From: Octopus sinensis | Taxonomy: Eukaryota | NCBI RefSeq assembly: GCF_006345805.1 | Contig: NC_043001.1 | Location: forward strand, 134,912,001-134,976,000 | Direction of reading: 5' to 3' | DNA: 64,000 nucleotides | Shown: one piece after another, positions 51,505 to 64,000 of the stretch | Position numbering within the stretch: the stretch's first letter is position 1 | Layout: each line of letters starts with the position of its first letter | Notes under the pieces: model-generated | Seen by the model: the letters and a program-made list of their open reading frames with translations, nothing else | Told to the model about the DNA's origin: nothing | The model's database searches: none | Made by a program: the position numbers and the translations under genes

Positions 51505-53504
51505 ATATATATATATATATATATATAAACAGCCAAGAAATTTGATCTAGAAGTATGCTGAAATACTTATAGATGTCTTTTGATGAAGTCATGTTTGTCT
51601 ATTTGCCAATTCAAGGAGCATATTCACAACTATTTAGGTACATATTCTTTTGGAAATCATTTGCTGCTCTCATCACAGTCTCTCATCACATTGTCTTACG
51701 TTCACTGATCTTTACCTAGTCACTCACTGTTACATGTTCACCAATCTCTATCTAGTCACTCTCTATCACGTTCACTTTCTGTTACATGTTCAGTGATCTC
51801 TATGAGATCTTTCCAAAAGGAGAGACAATGGATTAACGAAGAAAATAGACGAAATTTAAATGAAACTGTGGAAACACTACAAAGAACACACAGATATGCA
51901 TACACAGACACACACTCACGTGCAGTGGAAGGATTTATACAGAGCTTGTAGTATGAAATGGAAAGAGTTTTTCTGAACATGAATAACAGACAATTGCAAG
52001 TAGCTTTCCTAAAGATTAGATACTTATACCAAGTTGAACAAATCTATTATATATAAAATTAAACATCTTATCAAGAGATAAAACAAAATATCTGCAATGA
52101 ATATATCTAAGTTATGTTTTGAGTATAAAACTATGAATGAACTTTCAAAACATCTCAGACTAAAAGGTCACACTATAGGCTAGGTATAGGCAACCTATTT
52201 CTTGCAGCATGCCTTATGAGATAAAGATATTCCTGTCATAAATCAAGTCCACCACTAAAGTAATAATTCAACAAACATTATAGGTAATACTGAAAGCACT
52301 AACATGTAATGGCAAGAAGTTCATACAAATTTCATTGAGACAAAATGTGAAGTGAATGAGAGAGAATGGAATGTTATTGTTTATGCAGAGCTGAAGTTAA
52401 AGATTGCTAAAAAATTTTTCAGTCAAAAGCTGTGTTTATATAATGATTTTACACATGCCATACAAAATAGTCACAATATAGGGCTACACGTAATCCAAAC
52501 ACCACACACCACCCACGCCTGCTTATAGATAATGTAATCTATACAGAATGATCAACATCTATACAGACATTGATTTTGAAAATTAGAGAAATAATTACAA
52601 ATATTTTATATTTTCACCAGAACTGGAATGAAGTATATTAATGTAACATAAAAAAAAAAAAAAAAAAAAGTATTAACAATATTCTACAATAATCTAACAT
52701 GCACAGAAAGGTATTAAACCTGATTATTCATTTGAAAAATAACTTTTATATTATTGATAAAGCTTACTTTGTACATATAATTAGAATGCAGTTTTGAAAA
52801 TGGGTTCCCCAAAAAATTATATAATTTAGACATTTTTGTGTAAATACACACACACACACACACATCAATGGTGCAAATCAAATTAAAATAATGAGGTTGA
52901 GAAATATTTAAAAAAAATAACTTAGATATGAAAACAAACATAAAAAAATTTTAATTTGAATGCTCTGCTTTTATACGCTGCTTTGTTGTAGAGCGTGTGA
53001 TGAGCTGTACATTGCCGCCAATTTGTTGTTGTGGATGTTGAATCATGCATGACCTACACTATTTTGAATGTAGTCAATTTATGAATGGAAGTGCCCTACT
53101 ATTAACACTGCGATGACTGTTCCTGTTGACAAACTACTACAATTTCGAGTGCTTTTTGAATCACAGTCACACTTCCCAGTTCAACTTTCTCACTATCTTA
53201 AGATTCTATTTCAGCCCTCCCCTGTATTTTTCATTTCAACAAGCCACATGCTGAGATGATGCTACAAGTCATCCCCCAAATTACAAACTGAGACAGCACG
53301 TATTATTTTACCAATACAGTAATCATCGACATAACAATATGTCAACAAGCTTTCAGCAAATAGATTAGTTACAGAGTCAATATCTTTATACACAACTAGC
53401 AGATTCATTCAAAATCATTTTATTTATTCAATTGCTTTAACACAAATTTAATTTCTTTTTCTCTTGAAGCCAGTTGATGGCTGATATTTTTGAAAATATT
53501 TGCA

Positions 53505-53908
53505 GGCACAGGAGTGGCTGTGTGGTAAGTAGCTTGCTAACCAACCACATGGTTCCGGGTTCAATCCCACTGCGTGGCATCTTGGGCAAGTGTCTTCTGC
53601 TATAGCTCCGGGCCGACCAATGCCTTGTGAGTGGATTTGGTAGACGGAAACTGAAAAGAAGCCTGTCGTATATATATATATATATATGTATGTGTGTCTG
53701 TGTTTGTCCCCCTAGCATTGCTTGACAAGCGATGCTGGTGTGTTTATGTCCCCGTCACTTAGCGGTTCGGCAAAAGAGACCGATAGAATAAGTACTGGGT
53801 TTACAAAGAATAAGTCCCGGGGTCGAGTTGCTCGACTAAAGGTGGTGCTCCAGCATGGCCGCAGTCAAATGACTGAAACAAGTAAAAGAGTAAAGTGTAA
53901 AGAGAGTA
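53505..53908 (+). mobile_element. SINE family A
   Basis: Full-length match to the family. Confidence 0.93.
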
Positions 53909-54251
53909 TAACAGCATTTGAATATATCAGTATTACTTTTGTTCTTCAGTTTTACAACTATCTTTGAAAGCTAGCATGAGGTGAAATGGGTATGCAAATT
54001 TTATATTTGTACATGAATTGCATTTTATATTTTTCTTTGCATCACAATAATCTTCCTGATATTTGTGAGAAATGTCATATTTTTAACTTGCTGACTTTGG
54101 GAATAGATATTTCCAACCAAGCTATATGGAAATCAGGCAATAACTTTGTCCAACCTATGCTAACATGGACAACGAACATTAAATTAGGACAAAAGTTTAA
54201 AAGTTTGTGTCTGTGTTGTATGCAATATCAGACTAGTTACATCACAACTTA

Positions 54252-54577
54252 GTGAAGACACATGGTTCATTGTTTAGAGTGTCCAGCTTACGATCTTGCA
54301 TTGTGAGTTCGATTCCTGGACTGGGCTGCGTGTTGCGTTCTAGAGCAAGACACTTCATTTCACGTTGCTTCACTTTACTCAGCTGTAGAAATGAGTTGCG
54401 ACATCACTGGTGCCAAGCTGTATTGGCCTTTGCCTTTCCCTTGGATAACATTGGTGGCGTGGAGAGGGGAGGCTGGTATGCATAGGAAACTGCTGGTCTT
54501 CCATAAACAACTTTGCCTAGACTTGTGCCTCAGTGGGTATCCCATGGTCATTCATGACTGAAGGGGGTCTTGATTCG
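54252..54577 (+). mobile_element. tRNA-derived SINE, further family
   Basis: GAGTTCGATTCC B-box; 13-bp TSD ACATCACAACTTA; a decayed relative lies at ~12520-12660. Confidence 0.8.
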
Positions 54578-56121
54578 ACATCACAACTTATCGATAAAAA
54601 CCATCATGTTACTGGTCCTGAAGATACATTTTCCAACTATTATGCAAACGCACACCAGCCATGAATCACAGCCAAATTTCCTCAAACCACACCAAAAAAG
54701 GAAGAATGCATTAGACAATATAGCCCTAGACATATAAAAAAAGTGAGGTCACTGCTAGAATGCACTTGATCATAGGCATGTTCAATAAGGGCTAACCTAA
54801 GGTTAAACAGCAACAACATTAATCAAGAGAATATGTAATAGAGCTTCATATTCAAGTAGCTATGAAGATTCTATTGAATTTTAGTTCTCCCAAGATGAAC
54901 AGATTAAAATGTAATTTTTTAGTAAGTTAAAGCAATATATATAAATCTCACAAAAAATAGCTTACTGGATAGAATGATGGAATTCAAAATCGAAATCTAC
55001 TAGAATTCAAGTGTATTCAAAATACAGAAATAAAGCTACATAAAACTTCTATGCTCTTGACTAATGGGATTATAAACATTTCTGTATCTAAAAGAAATTG
55101 TATTGTTTGCGAGAAATTGTTATAATCATTATTCATTCATTTTTTACCTCTGTTTTTTCCCATACTAGCATGAGTTAGGTGAATGATTTATTGAGGCATT
55201 ATTTTACAGCTGCATTTCAAGAAAGTGGGTAAGCAATTTAATGATAACAATGGTACCACTCACAGTCAGTGGCTTTCGTAGATTCCATATATAAATAAAC
55301 ACACACACACACACATGCAGATAAAAACAAGCTTCCTTCAGTTTCCATCTATTAAATCTATTTACAAAGCTTTGATTGACCTAGGACTATGCAGAGACTG
55401 AACCCAAAAATCATGGTAGTGGAAAGTGAACTTCTCTACCACAACCATTAGGAATTATAATTTAAATATTATTAGTTTCAACAAATATCATTATTTTCAA
55501 CAAAGCAAGCTTGCAGTATTGTTAGCATGCCAAGGATAATACTTTGTGACATTTCATCTGTCTTTACAATCTCAGTTCAAAGTCTGTTGAAGTCAACTTT
55601 GCCTCTCATTCTTTTGGGATCAATAAAATAAGTACCAGTTGAGTACCAGAGTTGATTTAATTGACTTAAACCCTCCTCCAAACCTGCTGGCTTTGTGCCA
55701 AAATTAGAAACCCATATTTTCAACAAATGAATTTTGATTATTATTTCATTTTAGTGACAATAAAACTAAGATTTAATAGAATAAATGCAAGTCCCAGTTT
55801 AATTTATAACACTTTCCAACTGAGCATTAAACATAGTTTTATTTGATGCTAAGAACATAATTTTTCTATAGAAATAAAATAAACATGAATTTGAATATTG
55901 ATAAATTTATGTTAATTTTATTTGAATAGTGAAACACACTTAAAATCTTGAATTATGTGTAAAGTCTTGCTACACATAATTGATAACAATGAACTGAATT
56001 TGTAAAATAATGAAACCCCAGGTAAGAATTTACACTGCTTTTGCACACACACAATCTTTCTCTCTCTCTCTCTATATATATATATGTGTGTGTGTAGACA
56101 TATATATATATATATATGTCT

Positions 56122-56181
<60 letters not shown>

Positions 56182-56185
<4 letters not shown>

Positions 56186-56523
56186 TCATCATCATCATCA
56201 TCATCGTTTAACGTCCGTTTTCCGTGCTAGCACGGGTTGGACAGTTCGACCGGGGTCTGGGAAGCCAGGGGCTGCACCAGGCTCCAGTCTGATCTGGCAG
56301 AGTTTCTACAGCTGGATGCCCTTCCTAACGCCAACCACTCCGCGAGTGTAGTGGGTGCTTTTTACGTGCCACCTGCACAGGTGCCAGGCGGGTCCGGCAT
56401 CGGCCACGATCGGTTGAAGCTTTTAACGTGCCACTGGCACGAAAGCCAGCCAAGGTGGCGCTGGCAACGGCCACGTTCGGATGGTGCTTTTATGTGCCAC
56501 CGGCACAGAAGCCAGTCGGGCAT
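56182..56523 (-). mobile_element. SINE family D inserted in (TA)n
   Basis: (CAT)n tail, GGATGCCCTTCC motif, internal units. Confidence 0.9.
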
Positions 56524-56971
56524 ATATATATATATATATATATACGTACATACACACACACACTCAAATAGATTTGTTCATCCTCTTTTCTATACGGCTA
56601 TCATGGAGGTGTTTGAGGCATTGTTTTACAGCTGGATGCTCATCCTGTCACTAATTATTACCTGTTTTACAAGAAAGGGATACCTTATTTTACATGCCTC
56701 CAAAGGTGCAAAGTGAGTGACTTCCAGAGTGCAAATGTACACTCAGGCATAGATGCACAAGTGTACACCCCCCACACCTACACCACACACTCAGTATCCC
56801 CCACTCCATAGGTTTCTTTCAGTTTCTGCCAATGAAATTCATCTACAAGGCTTTGGTTGACCTGAGGCTATCGTAGAAGTGGGACTGAACCTGAAACCCT
56901 GTGGTTAAGAAACAAACATTTTGACCTATATCTATCCATCTATCATCTGTCTATCTCAGAGAAAGAGAAAC

Positions 56972-57032
<61 letters not shown>

Positions 57033-57100
57033 AAGAATATAAACTGAAAATTCATCCAAATGTTCCATATTGTTTCACAGAAGTTGGGGAGGATAATCGA

Positions 57101-57138
57101 CATAAACACACAAAGTTGCTATAGAACATTGTTCTTGG

Positions 57139-57173
<35 letters not shown>

Positions 57174-57355
57174 GCATCTAAGACTATTTGTTTATATACA
57201 TACATACACATATAAGTATGTATTCTGCGATGACATCTCTCAGAATACATACTTATATGTGTATGTTTGTATATAAACATACAGTCTTAGATGCTTGTGT
57301 GTATGTGTGTGTGTACTCCAAGAACAATGTTCTACAGCAACTTTGTGTGTTTATG
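57101..57355. repeat. Inverted duplication (57101-57227 / 57241-57355)
   Basis: Arms are reverse-complementary apart from (CA)n length and a few substitutions. Confidence 0.9.
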
Positions 57356-57490
57356 AGAGATGTCATCGCAGAGTATACTCGCAGCAAGTATAGATGGGCT
57401 GGACACGTTGCCCGGCACACCGATAATCGGTGGACGCACGCAGTTGTCGAGTGGTACCCGCGTGAGCGGAAAAGACCACCCGGAAGACCT
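57355..57490 (+). pseudogene. RTE-clade LINE C-terminal fragment
   Basis: RDVIAEYTRSKYRWAGHVARHTDNRWTHAVVEWYPRERKRPPGRP, the classic RTE KxRWAGHVAR...WxP...KRxxGRP motif. Confidence 0.9.
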
Positions 57491-57710
57491 TTTGTTACCA
57501 ACCCAGCTGAAACCGGCTCTGGCTCTGAATACAAATGTCTTGTTTCCATAAGTTTTGAATTAAAATCTTCCACTAAACCTTAGTTACAATTTATGTTCCG
57601 AACACTAGCTGAATGATAACTAAGTTATTTTACTAAATCCTTTGTTATATTTAAAGTAATTGAAAGAAACACAGAGCATCTCAAAATAAATACAGTAATG
57701 AAAGGGTTAA
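57488..57710 (-). mobile_element. piggyBac-type MITE, family 2
   Basis: Reverse complement of the 9701-9929 family; right end AAAGGG|TTAA intact, left TTAA missing. Confidence 0.85.
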
Positions 57711-58667
57711 TCTTAACACCAAGGAAATGAGGACAAGATATATTTTATTTGAGTTTGTTAATAGATTTTCAAAAACATTCTAAAATGTATATATTTATGG
57801 AAAATTGGTTAATTATTCAATAAATACTTTAAAAATATGTTTTAAGTAAATAGCTAACTGTTTTGAGTTTCTGAAATTGTATTTGGACTAGAAAGGAAGT
57901 CAAAGATTAATACTTATAAACAAGGAATGGTTATAGATTGGTTACTGTCTTCAACTCATGATTTACAGTTAAAATTCAGAATTCAAAGGAAGAGTAATGC
58001 CTTTTGAACCTCAACTGAAATTTAAACTCTACAAGCAATTAAAATGGTTGCTAACCCATATAAATTCTAATTTGAAAAAAGCTACTCTCCAAATGCAAGC
58101 ACTAAAAAAACATTACCCCATTATAAAAAAAAGCAACAAAAACAAAATTTAAAAACAACAGAAGTTTTAAATATTTAACACTCAAAACAGCAATGAAGAA
58201 AGTGTTCTTGTTGAGTAACAAAGGAATTTATTATATTAAATTGTCTATTTTTTCCTGTTCAACGTATTAAACAAGACTTACACTGATTATGCTAAATATC
58301 CTTTTCTTCTGCTAGTGACTATCAACCCAATCTACCATTTTATAAGAAAACTTTAACCTTTCATACCACTTTTTCTTTTCCTTCACATAAAGTGCTATTT
58401 ATTTGAAAGCGCATCCTTGATTTACTTTTCCTGATAACAACCATGTTACTTTACTCATCAACGGATTTCTAAGAACAATTCTTTTCAGTAAGACTACACA
58501 ACTCTGTATGAACCCAGCTTTTACTGGGAATATGTCAAACTTAATTTCTTATTTAACTATAGCACTATTTATCTATTCACTCTACAATCAGAGCATTTTT
58601 ATGAAATTATAGAATTTGTCTAGATTATCCTTAGAGGTAAACGATATCTTTTAAATCTTTTAAATAA

Positions 58668-58889
58668 GGCGGCGAGCTGGCAGAATCGTTAGCACGTCGA
58701 GCGAAATGTTTAGTGGTATTTTGTCTGCCGTTACGCTGTGAGTTCAAATTCCACCGAGGTCGACTTTACCTTTCATCCTTTCGGGGTCGATTAAATAAGT
58801 ACCAGTTATGCACTGGGGTCGATATAATCGACTTAATCCCTTTGTCTGTCCTCTCTGTGTTTAGCCCCTTGTGGGCAGTAAAGAAATAG
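58668..58889 (+). mobile_element. SINE family C
   Basis: Flanking duplication GATATCTTTTAAATCTT. Confidence 0.9.
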
Positions 58890-59091
58890 ATATCTTTTAA
58901 ATCTTGAGGAGTTTCATGAAAACACAGTTATGCCTCATCATTCAATAATGTTTCAAATGATTGAATGATGTATTCAGAAAAAGGTCAACTACCAACAAAT
59001 ATAGCAGCCAATTACCCCTCAAATTATACCCTTCCATTGTAAAACACAAAGAGCACATTAGATAATGTAGTTTTAGTTATTTCTAAAAATA

Positions 59092-59203
59092 GTGGGTTCA
59101 GTCCCACTGCATGGCATCTTGGGCAAGTGTCTTCTGCTATAGCCCCGGGCCGACCAATGCCTTGTGAGTGGATTTGGTAGACGGAAACTGAAAGAAGCCT
59201 GTC

Positions 59204-59265
<62 letters not shown>

Positions 59266-59495
59266 ATGTGTTTGTGTGTCTGTGTTTGTCCCCCTAGCAT
59301 TGCTTGACAACCGATGCTGGTGTGTTTACATCCCCGTCACCTAGCGGTTCGGCAAAAGAGACCGATAGAATAAGTACTGGGCTTACAAAGAATAAGTCCT
59401 GGGGTCGATTTGCTCGACTAAAGGCGGTGCTCCAGCATGGCCGCAGTCAAATGACTGAAACAAGTAAAAGAGTAAAAGAGTAAAGAGTAAGAGTA
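59092..59495 (+). mobile_element. SINE family A, 5'-truncated
   Basis: Begins at the B-box; long internal (TA)n(TG)n. Confidence 0.92.
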
Positions 59496-60258
59496 ATCCC
59501 CTTTTTTCCTCTCACTTCTTCTGCAATCCTCAAATTTTCTTTCCTCATTCCTATAAGGTCTATCCAGACATTATAGGAGTGGTTCTGCAAAGTGTAATTA
59601 TATTTGCTATCACAAGGTGTTTCTACCAAGTGGTACATGTACATTCAAAGTCATGAACACTATTATGATTTGTTGAATAAGTCAAGAGAATAGGAGCTTA
59701 GTACCTGACATCGCTAGAAATTTAATTGAACTCTAATGTACAATTGGGTGGAGGAAAAATTATATACATTTCTTTTAACTAACAAACAGAACCCTTATTG
59801 CATTATCTTGCTTGGTTTCAGAATTATCATGTTATCTATATTCTTGAGTTTAACAATAGGGATTCTATCTGTTGTAGAATACTGCATTTATATTCAGCCT
59901 TTTTGCAATGATTATAATGAACCCATTCATTACATATATATTTACCTTTGAAAATGTTAGGTCCAGTCTGCTAAACAGGCTCATGCTACTGCATACATCG
60001 ATTAGAGATGAGCTAGGAAAGCATACGTTCTATGGATTTCTTTTTCGGTCTTACTCTGTGGTCTGTACTTCTATATAACTAGATGATGAAAGTCACAGGG
60101 TATACTGTGAACAATTTACAGACTTAGGTGAAAGCTTGGGGAAGATTAGCATTTCAAATGATTCTAGTTTGGGAACAGATTATCTTGAAACTTCTTTGTA
60201 TCAGTCCTAAATTTACCACCAGCAAAAAAAAAATTATAAACTCTGAATTCAGAAGAAC

Positions 60259-60491
60259 CTATTTTTTTACTACCCACAAAGGGCTAAACACAGAGGGAAC
60301 AAAGAAGGACAGGCAAACGGATTAAGTCGATTATATTGACCCCAGTGCGTAACTGGTACTTAATTTATCGACCCCGAAAGGATGAAAGGCAAAGTCGACC
60401 TCGGCAGAATTTGAACTCAGAATGTAACGGCAGACGAAATACGGCTACGCATTTCGCCCGGTATGCTAACGATTCTGCCAGCTCGCCGCCT
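60259..60491 (-). mobile_element. SINE family C
   Basis: Flanking duplication TGAATTCAGAAGAACC. Confidence 0.9.
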
Positions 60492-60982
60492 TTGAATTCA
60501 GAAGAACCAGCAGCAACACTAGTATGACAACCATTTCTCTCTCAATGTCTTTTCCTGATGGACTCAGTAATCAATCTTTTTTCTTGTGCCAAATTTTTGT
60601 ATTTTTATATTCTTTTATTAGGGAGGCTGGTAAGCTTCCTTGCAAACTTGAACACTCAGGAGTTATTTCTTTTGTCTTAAATATAGAAAACTCTTGTTTT
60701 AATACCTGTGGTAATGCATAATTGAAACAAAAAACAAGAGTTGTACTGCTATATGCTAATTTAACATTGTTTTGATGTTTATTTCACTAAGGCAACCCAA
60801 TGAACTCTGTAGTTCCAATGTAACAAAACTATTATTTGTTAACAGTGCTGGTTTCAGCAAATCCAAATACATACACATAAGGTGGTGAGCTGGCAGAACG
60901 GTTAGCACACTGGGCAAAATGCTTAGTAGTATTCCATCTGTTGCTATGTTCTGAGTTCAAATTCCACTAAGGTTGATTTTTA

Positions 60983-61585
60983 GGCAAGCGACGTCGATAT
61001 CGAACCTCATCCGACGACAGGCACCTATGCTTGCGAAGACCTGTTGGGGCAAGTGAAATCGGAATCGGAATCGAAATTGAACCAATCCTATGACTGGCAC
61101 CCGGCAGACGCCAGGACCCCTGGACTGGAGATACGTAAAAAGCACTATCCGAATCGTGGCCGATGCCAGCGCCACCTCGATTGGCTTCCGTGTCGGTGGC
61201 ACGTAAAAAGCACCATCCGAATCGTGGCCGAAGCCAGTGCCGCCTCGACTGGCTTCCGTGTCGGTGGCACGTAAAAAGCACCATCCGAATCGTGGCTGAA
61301 GCCAGTGCCGCCTCGACTGGCTTCCGTGCAGGTGGCACGTAAAATGCACCAATCCGACCGTGGCCGATGCCAGCCTCGCCTGGCACCAGTGCAGGTGGCA
61401 CGTAAAAAGCACCCACTACACTCACGGAGTGGTTGGCGTTAGGAAGGGCATCCAGCTGTAGAAACATTGCCAGATAAGACCGGAGCCTGGTGCAGCCTTC
61501 TGGCTTCCCAGATCCCTGGTCGAACCGTCCAACCCATGCTAGCATGGAGAACGGACGTTAAACGATGATGATGATGATGATGATG
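60983..61585 (+). mobile_element. SINE family D, longest copy (68-bp internal units)
   Basis: Units start at 61133, 61201, 61269, 61337 and 61400; extra 5' sequence; (GAT)n tail. Confidence 0.92.
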
Positions 61586-61998
61586 AAGTGTTTTTATCCT
61601 ATCAGATGAAAAGAAGCTTCCAAATGGTGAACTTTTCATCTCCCTATGACATAAAAACTTATCCAAAGATGTGAACTTCACTGTATAATTTTTGCTAATA
61701 CAGATTACATCAGTTTCCATGGACTCTATTTTTATATAGCATAAAGCTGTTTCCCCCATTACTGTATCCTATTCAACTGAAGAGAGTCTTCATCTTGCAT
61801 GGTGACCTCAGTACAGTCTGTAAAATGGTTGACATTAGGAAGGGCAGCCAGCCATAGAAATCATTCCAAAGCAAACACAGGAGCATGATGCAGTTTTCAA
61901 ATCCACTGGATCTAGTCAAACAGTCCAACCCATTCTAGCATGGAACACAGATGTTAAATGATGATGATGGTGATATATTATAAAAGCTTGCTCATTAT

Positions 61999-62391
61999 GG
62001 ATGGATGGAAGCACTCCGTCGGTAACGATGATGAGGGTTCCGGTTGATCCGAATCAACGGAACAGCCTGCTCGTGAAATTAACGTGTAAGTGGCTGAGCA
62101 CTCCACAGACACGTGCACCCTTAACGTAGTTCTCGGGGATATTCAGCGTGACACAGAGAGTGACAAGGCCGGCCCCTTGAAATACAGGTACAACAGAAAC
62201 AGGAAGTAAGAGCGAGAGAAAGTTGTGGTGAAAAAGTACAGCAGGGATCACCACCATCCCCTGCCGGAGCGTCGTGGAGCTTTTAGGTGTTTTCGCTCAA
62301 TAAACACTTACAACGCCCGGTCTGGGAATCGAAACCGCGATCCTATGACTGTGAGTCCGCTGCCCTAACCACTGGGCCATTGCGCCTCCAC
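61999..62391 (-). mobile_element. tRNA-derived SINE family B
   Basis: TSD CTTGCTCATTAT. Confidence 0.95.
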
Positions 62392-63087
62392 TACTTGCTC
62401 ATTATATTACTAGTGTTACAAAAATGGTAAGTCTATTCCTCTTAAAGTTTATTTAGAATCTAATCATTTTCCTGTAGCATTTATTGCCTTACATTAAAAA
62501 TCCCTTGTCTGAACATGTTCCACCCACTTCTATAAACTACACACACACACATGCATATATGAGGAAATTATCAACCACACCTCTTTCAAATCTCAGCAAA
62601 CTAATAAATCTAACCTTTTCTCTTCAAATGACATTAGCAACAATGCTGTTAATATTTCAGTAACCATTTTGTAGTATTTAATTATGTCCTCTCACATTCA
62701 GAGTTCAAATCCCACTAAAATTGACTTTGCCTTTTATTTCACAAAAAAGAAAAAAGAAAAAAATTCCTGTGATGCCTGGAATTTATTAAAATGACTATAC
62801 TCTGGGATCACTCCACTCGCTAGATAATATGTATTTAGTCTTGTGCAGAAGTTAAAATTCATTAGTATATTTCCTAAAGGCAGAATCAGTAGAGCGGGTA
62901 TCAAAATGCCTGACACAACCCTTCATATCTTGAGCTAAATCCTGCCATGGTTGACTTTACTTTTCAGTCTCTCATAGTAGAACAATTATCAAGTACACAA
63001 GTCAATTTATATGACTTACCCTCTCTCCACACAAATGAGTGTCTTGTGTTAATATCAGAAAGGGTTATTATTTTATTATCATCAATA

Positions 63088-63505
63088 GGCGCACGAGTGG
63101 CTGTGTGGTAAGTAGCTTGCTAACCAACCACATGGTTCCGGGTTCAGTCTCACTGCGTGGCATCTTGGGCAAGTGTCTTCTGCTATAGCCCCGGGCCAAC
63201 CAATGCCTTGTGAGTGGATTTGGTAGACGGAAACTGAAAGAAGCCCGTCGTATATATGTATGTATATATAAGTGTGTGTGTGTATGTGTTTGTGTGTCTG
63301 TGTTTGTCCCACTAGCATTACTTGACAATCGATGCTGGTGTGTTTACGTCCCCATCACTTAGCGGTTCGGCAAAAGAGACCGATAGAATAAGTACTGGGC
63401 TTACAAAGAATAAGTCCCGGGGTCGATTTGCTCGACTAAAGGCGGTGCTCCAGCATGGCCGCAGTCAAATGACTGAAACAAGTAAAAGAGTAAAGAGAGT
63501 AAGAG
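63088..63505 (+). mobile_element. SINE family A
   Basis: Full-length match to the family. Confidence 0.93.
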
Positions 63506-63599
63506 AATATATCTCTCCATTACTTTCTTTAGCCAGGATAGGCAAACAGTGTGTCTCTCCGGTGGCTAAACAACTGAAGACAGACACTTTCCTTTTTAC

Positions 63600-63888
63600 C
63601 TAAGAGCTCATTAATTTCTTCAACTCTACCTGGAAAAGGAGAAGATAGGGCAATACTGCCCATCAGTGAATTATTGAAAGGTGGGTAAGCATAATGAAAA
63701 TGGTCCTTGTAAATGAGCCTGCCCTCAACATGCACCTGTAAAGCAGAGAACACAGCTTAATGCTCTTGGCATTAAGGATAAACTAGGAATTATTGAGTTG
63801 ACCTCTGTCCCTGGGACATTTCATTTCATTTATTTCTATACCGTTGTTTTCCAACTTACCATCTAATGGGGTTGAGAAATATTGTCTC
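63600..63888 (-). other. Candidate two-exon spliced segment (63860-63888, intron 63736-63859, 63600-63735)
   Basis: Donor ATG|GTAAGT and acceptor TGTTCTCTGCTTTACAG|G lie 124 nt apart; ATG|GTG would open the VHVEGRLIYKDHF... frame. No homology recognised. Confidence 0.2.
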
Positions 63889-63893
63889 CTGGG

Positions 63894-64000
63894 AAAAAAG
63901 CACCATCCGAATCATGGCCGAAGCCAGTGCCGCCTCGACTGGCTTCCGTGCCGGTGGCACGTAAAATGCACCAATCCAACCGTGGCCGATGCCAACCTCG
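63894..64000 (+). mobile_element. SINE family D internal units (runs off the window)
   Basis: AAAAAGCACCATCCGAATCATGGCCGAAGCCAGTGCC units. Confidence 0.9.

Noticed and set aside
52180-53400. Possible decayed hAT or other DNA transposon
   Set aside because: Only a vague terminal-like motif (TAGGTATAGGCAACC); no matching TIR, TSD or protein motif could be established.
60957-61759. Longest ORFs (151-192 aa), and similar ones at 11.0, 16.9, 40.0 and 56.2 kb
   Set aside because: Chance open frames in the GC-rich family D repeat, recurring in every copy.

Overview
AT-rich (roughly one-third GC), repeat-dense eukaryotic DNA that is intronic or intergenic. The SINE repertoire and microsatellite load strongly suggest an octopus (coleoid cephalopod) genome; this is recognition from memory, not a database match. 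No complete host gene is supportable. Nearly all listed ORFs are spurious translations of SINEs and microsatellites. The window holds many copies of four SINE-type families (several with clear target-site duplications), two non-autonomous Helitron families, two TTAA-flanked piggyBac-type MITE families, decayed RTE LINE, Penelope RT and Tc1 fragments, a 21-bp minisatellite and about eight local fold-back inverted duplications. The most interesting signal is a set of hammerhead ribozyme motifs inside Penelope-like inverted-repeat insertions. One is a canonical type I hammerhead at 51.3 kb and one is a decayed copy at 5.6 kb. The third, at 35.6 kb, is a minimal hammerhead whose core carries the compensatory G3:C8 swap (GUGAACA instead of CUGANGA). 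It is present on both strands of a 126-bp palindrome flanked by a 10-bp TSD. Other highlights are a 274-bp target-site-like duplication and an RTE C-terminus with three tandem C2H2 fingers. A few splice-site-bounded candidate exons are reported at low confidence.
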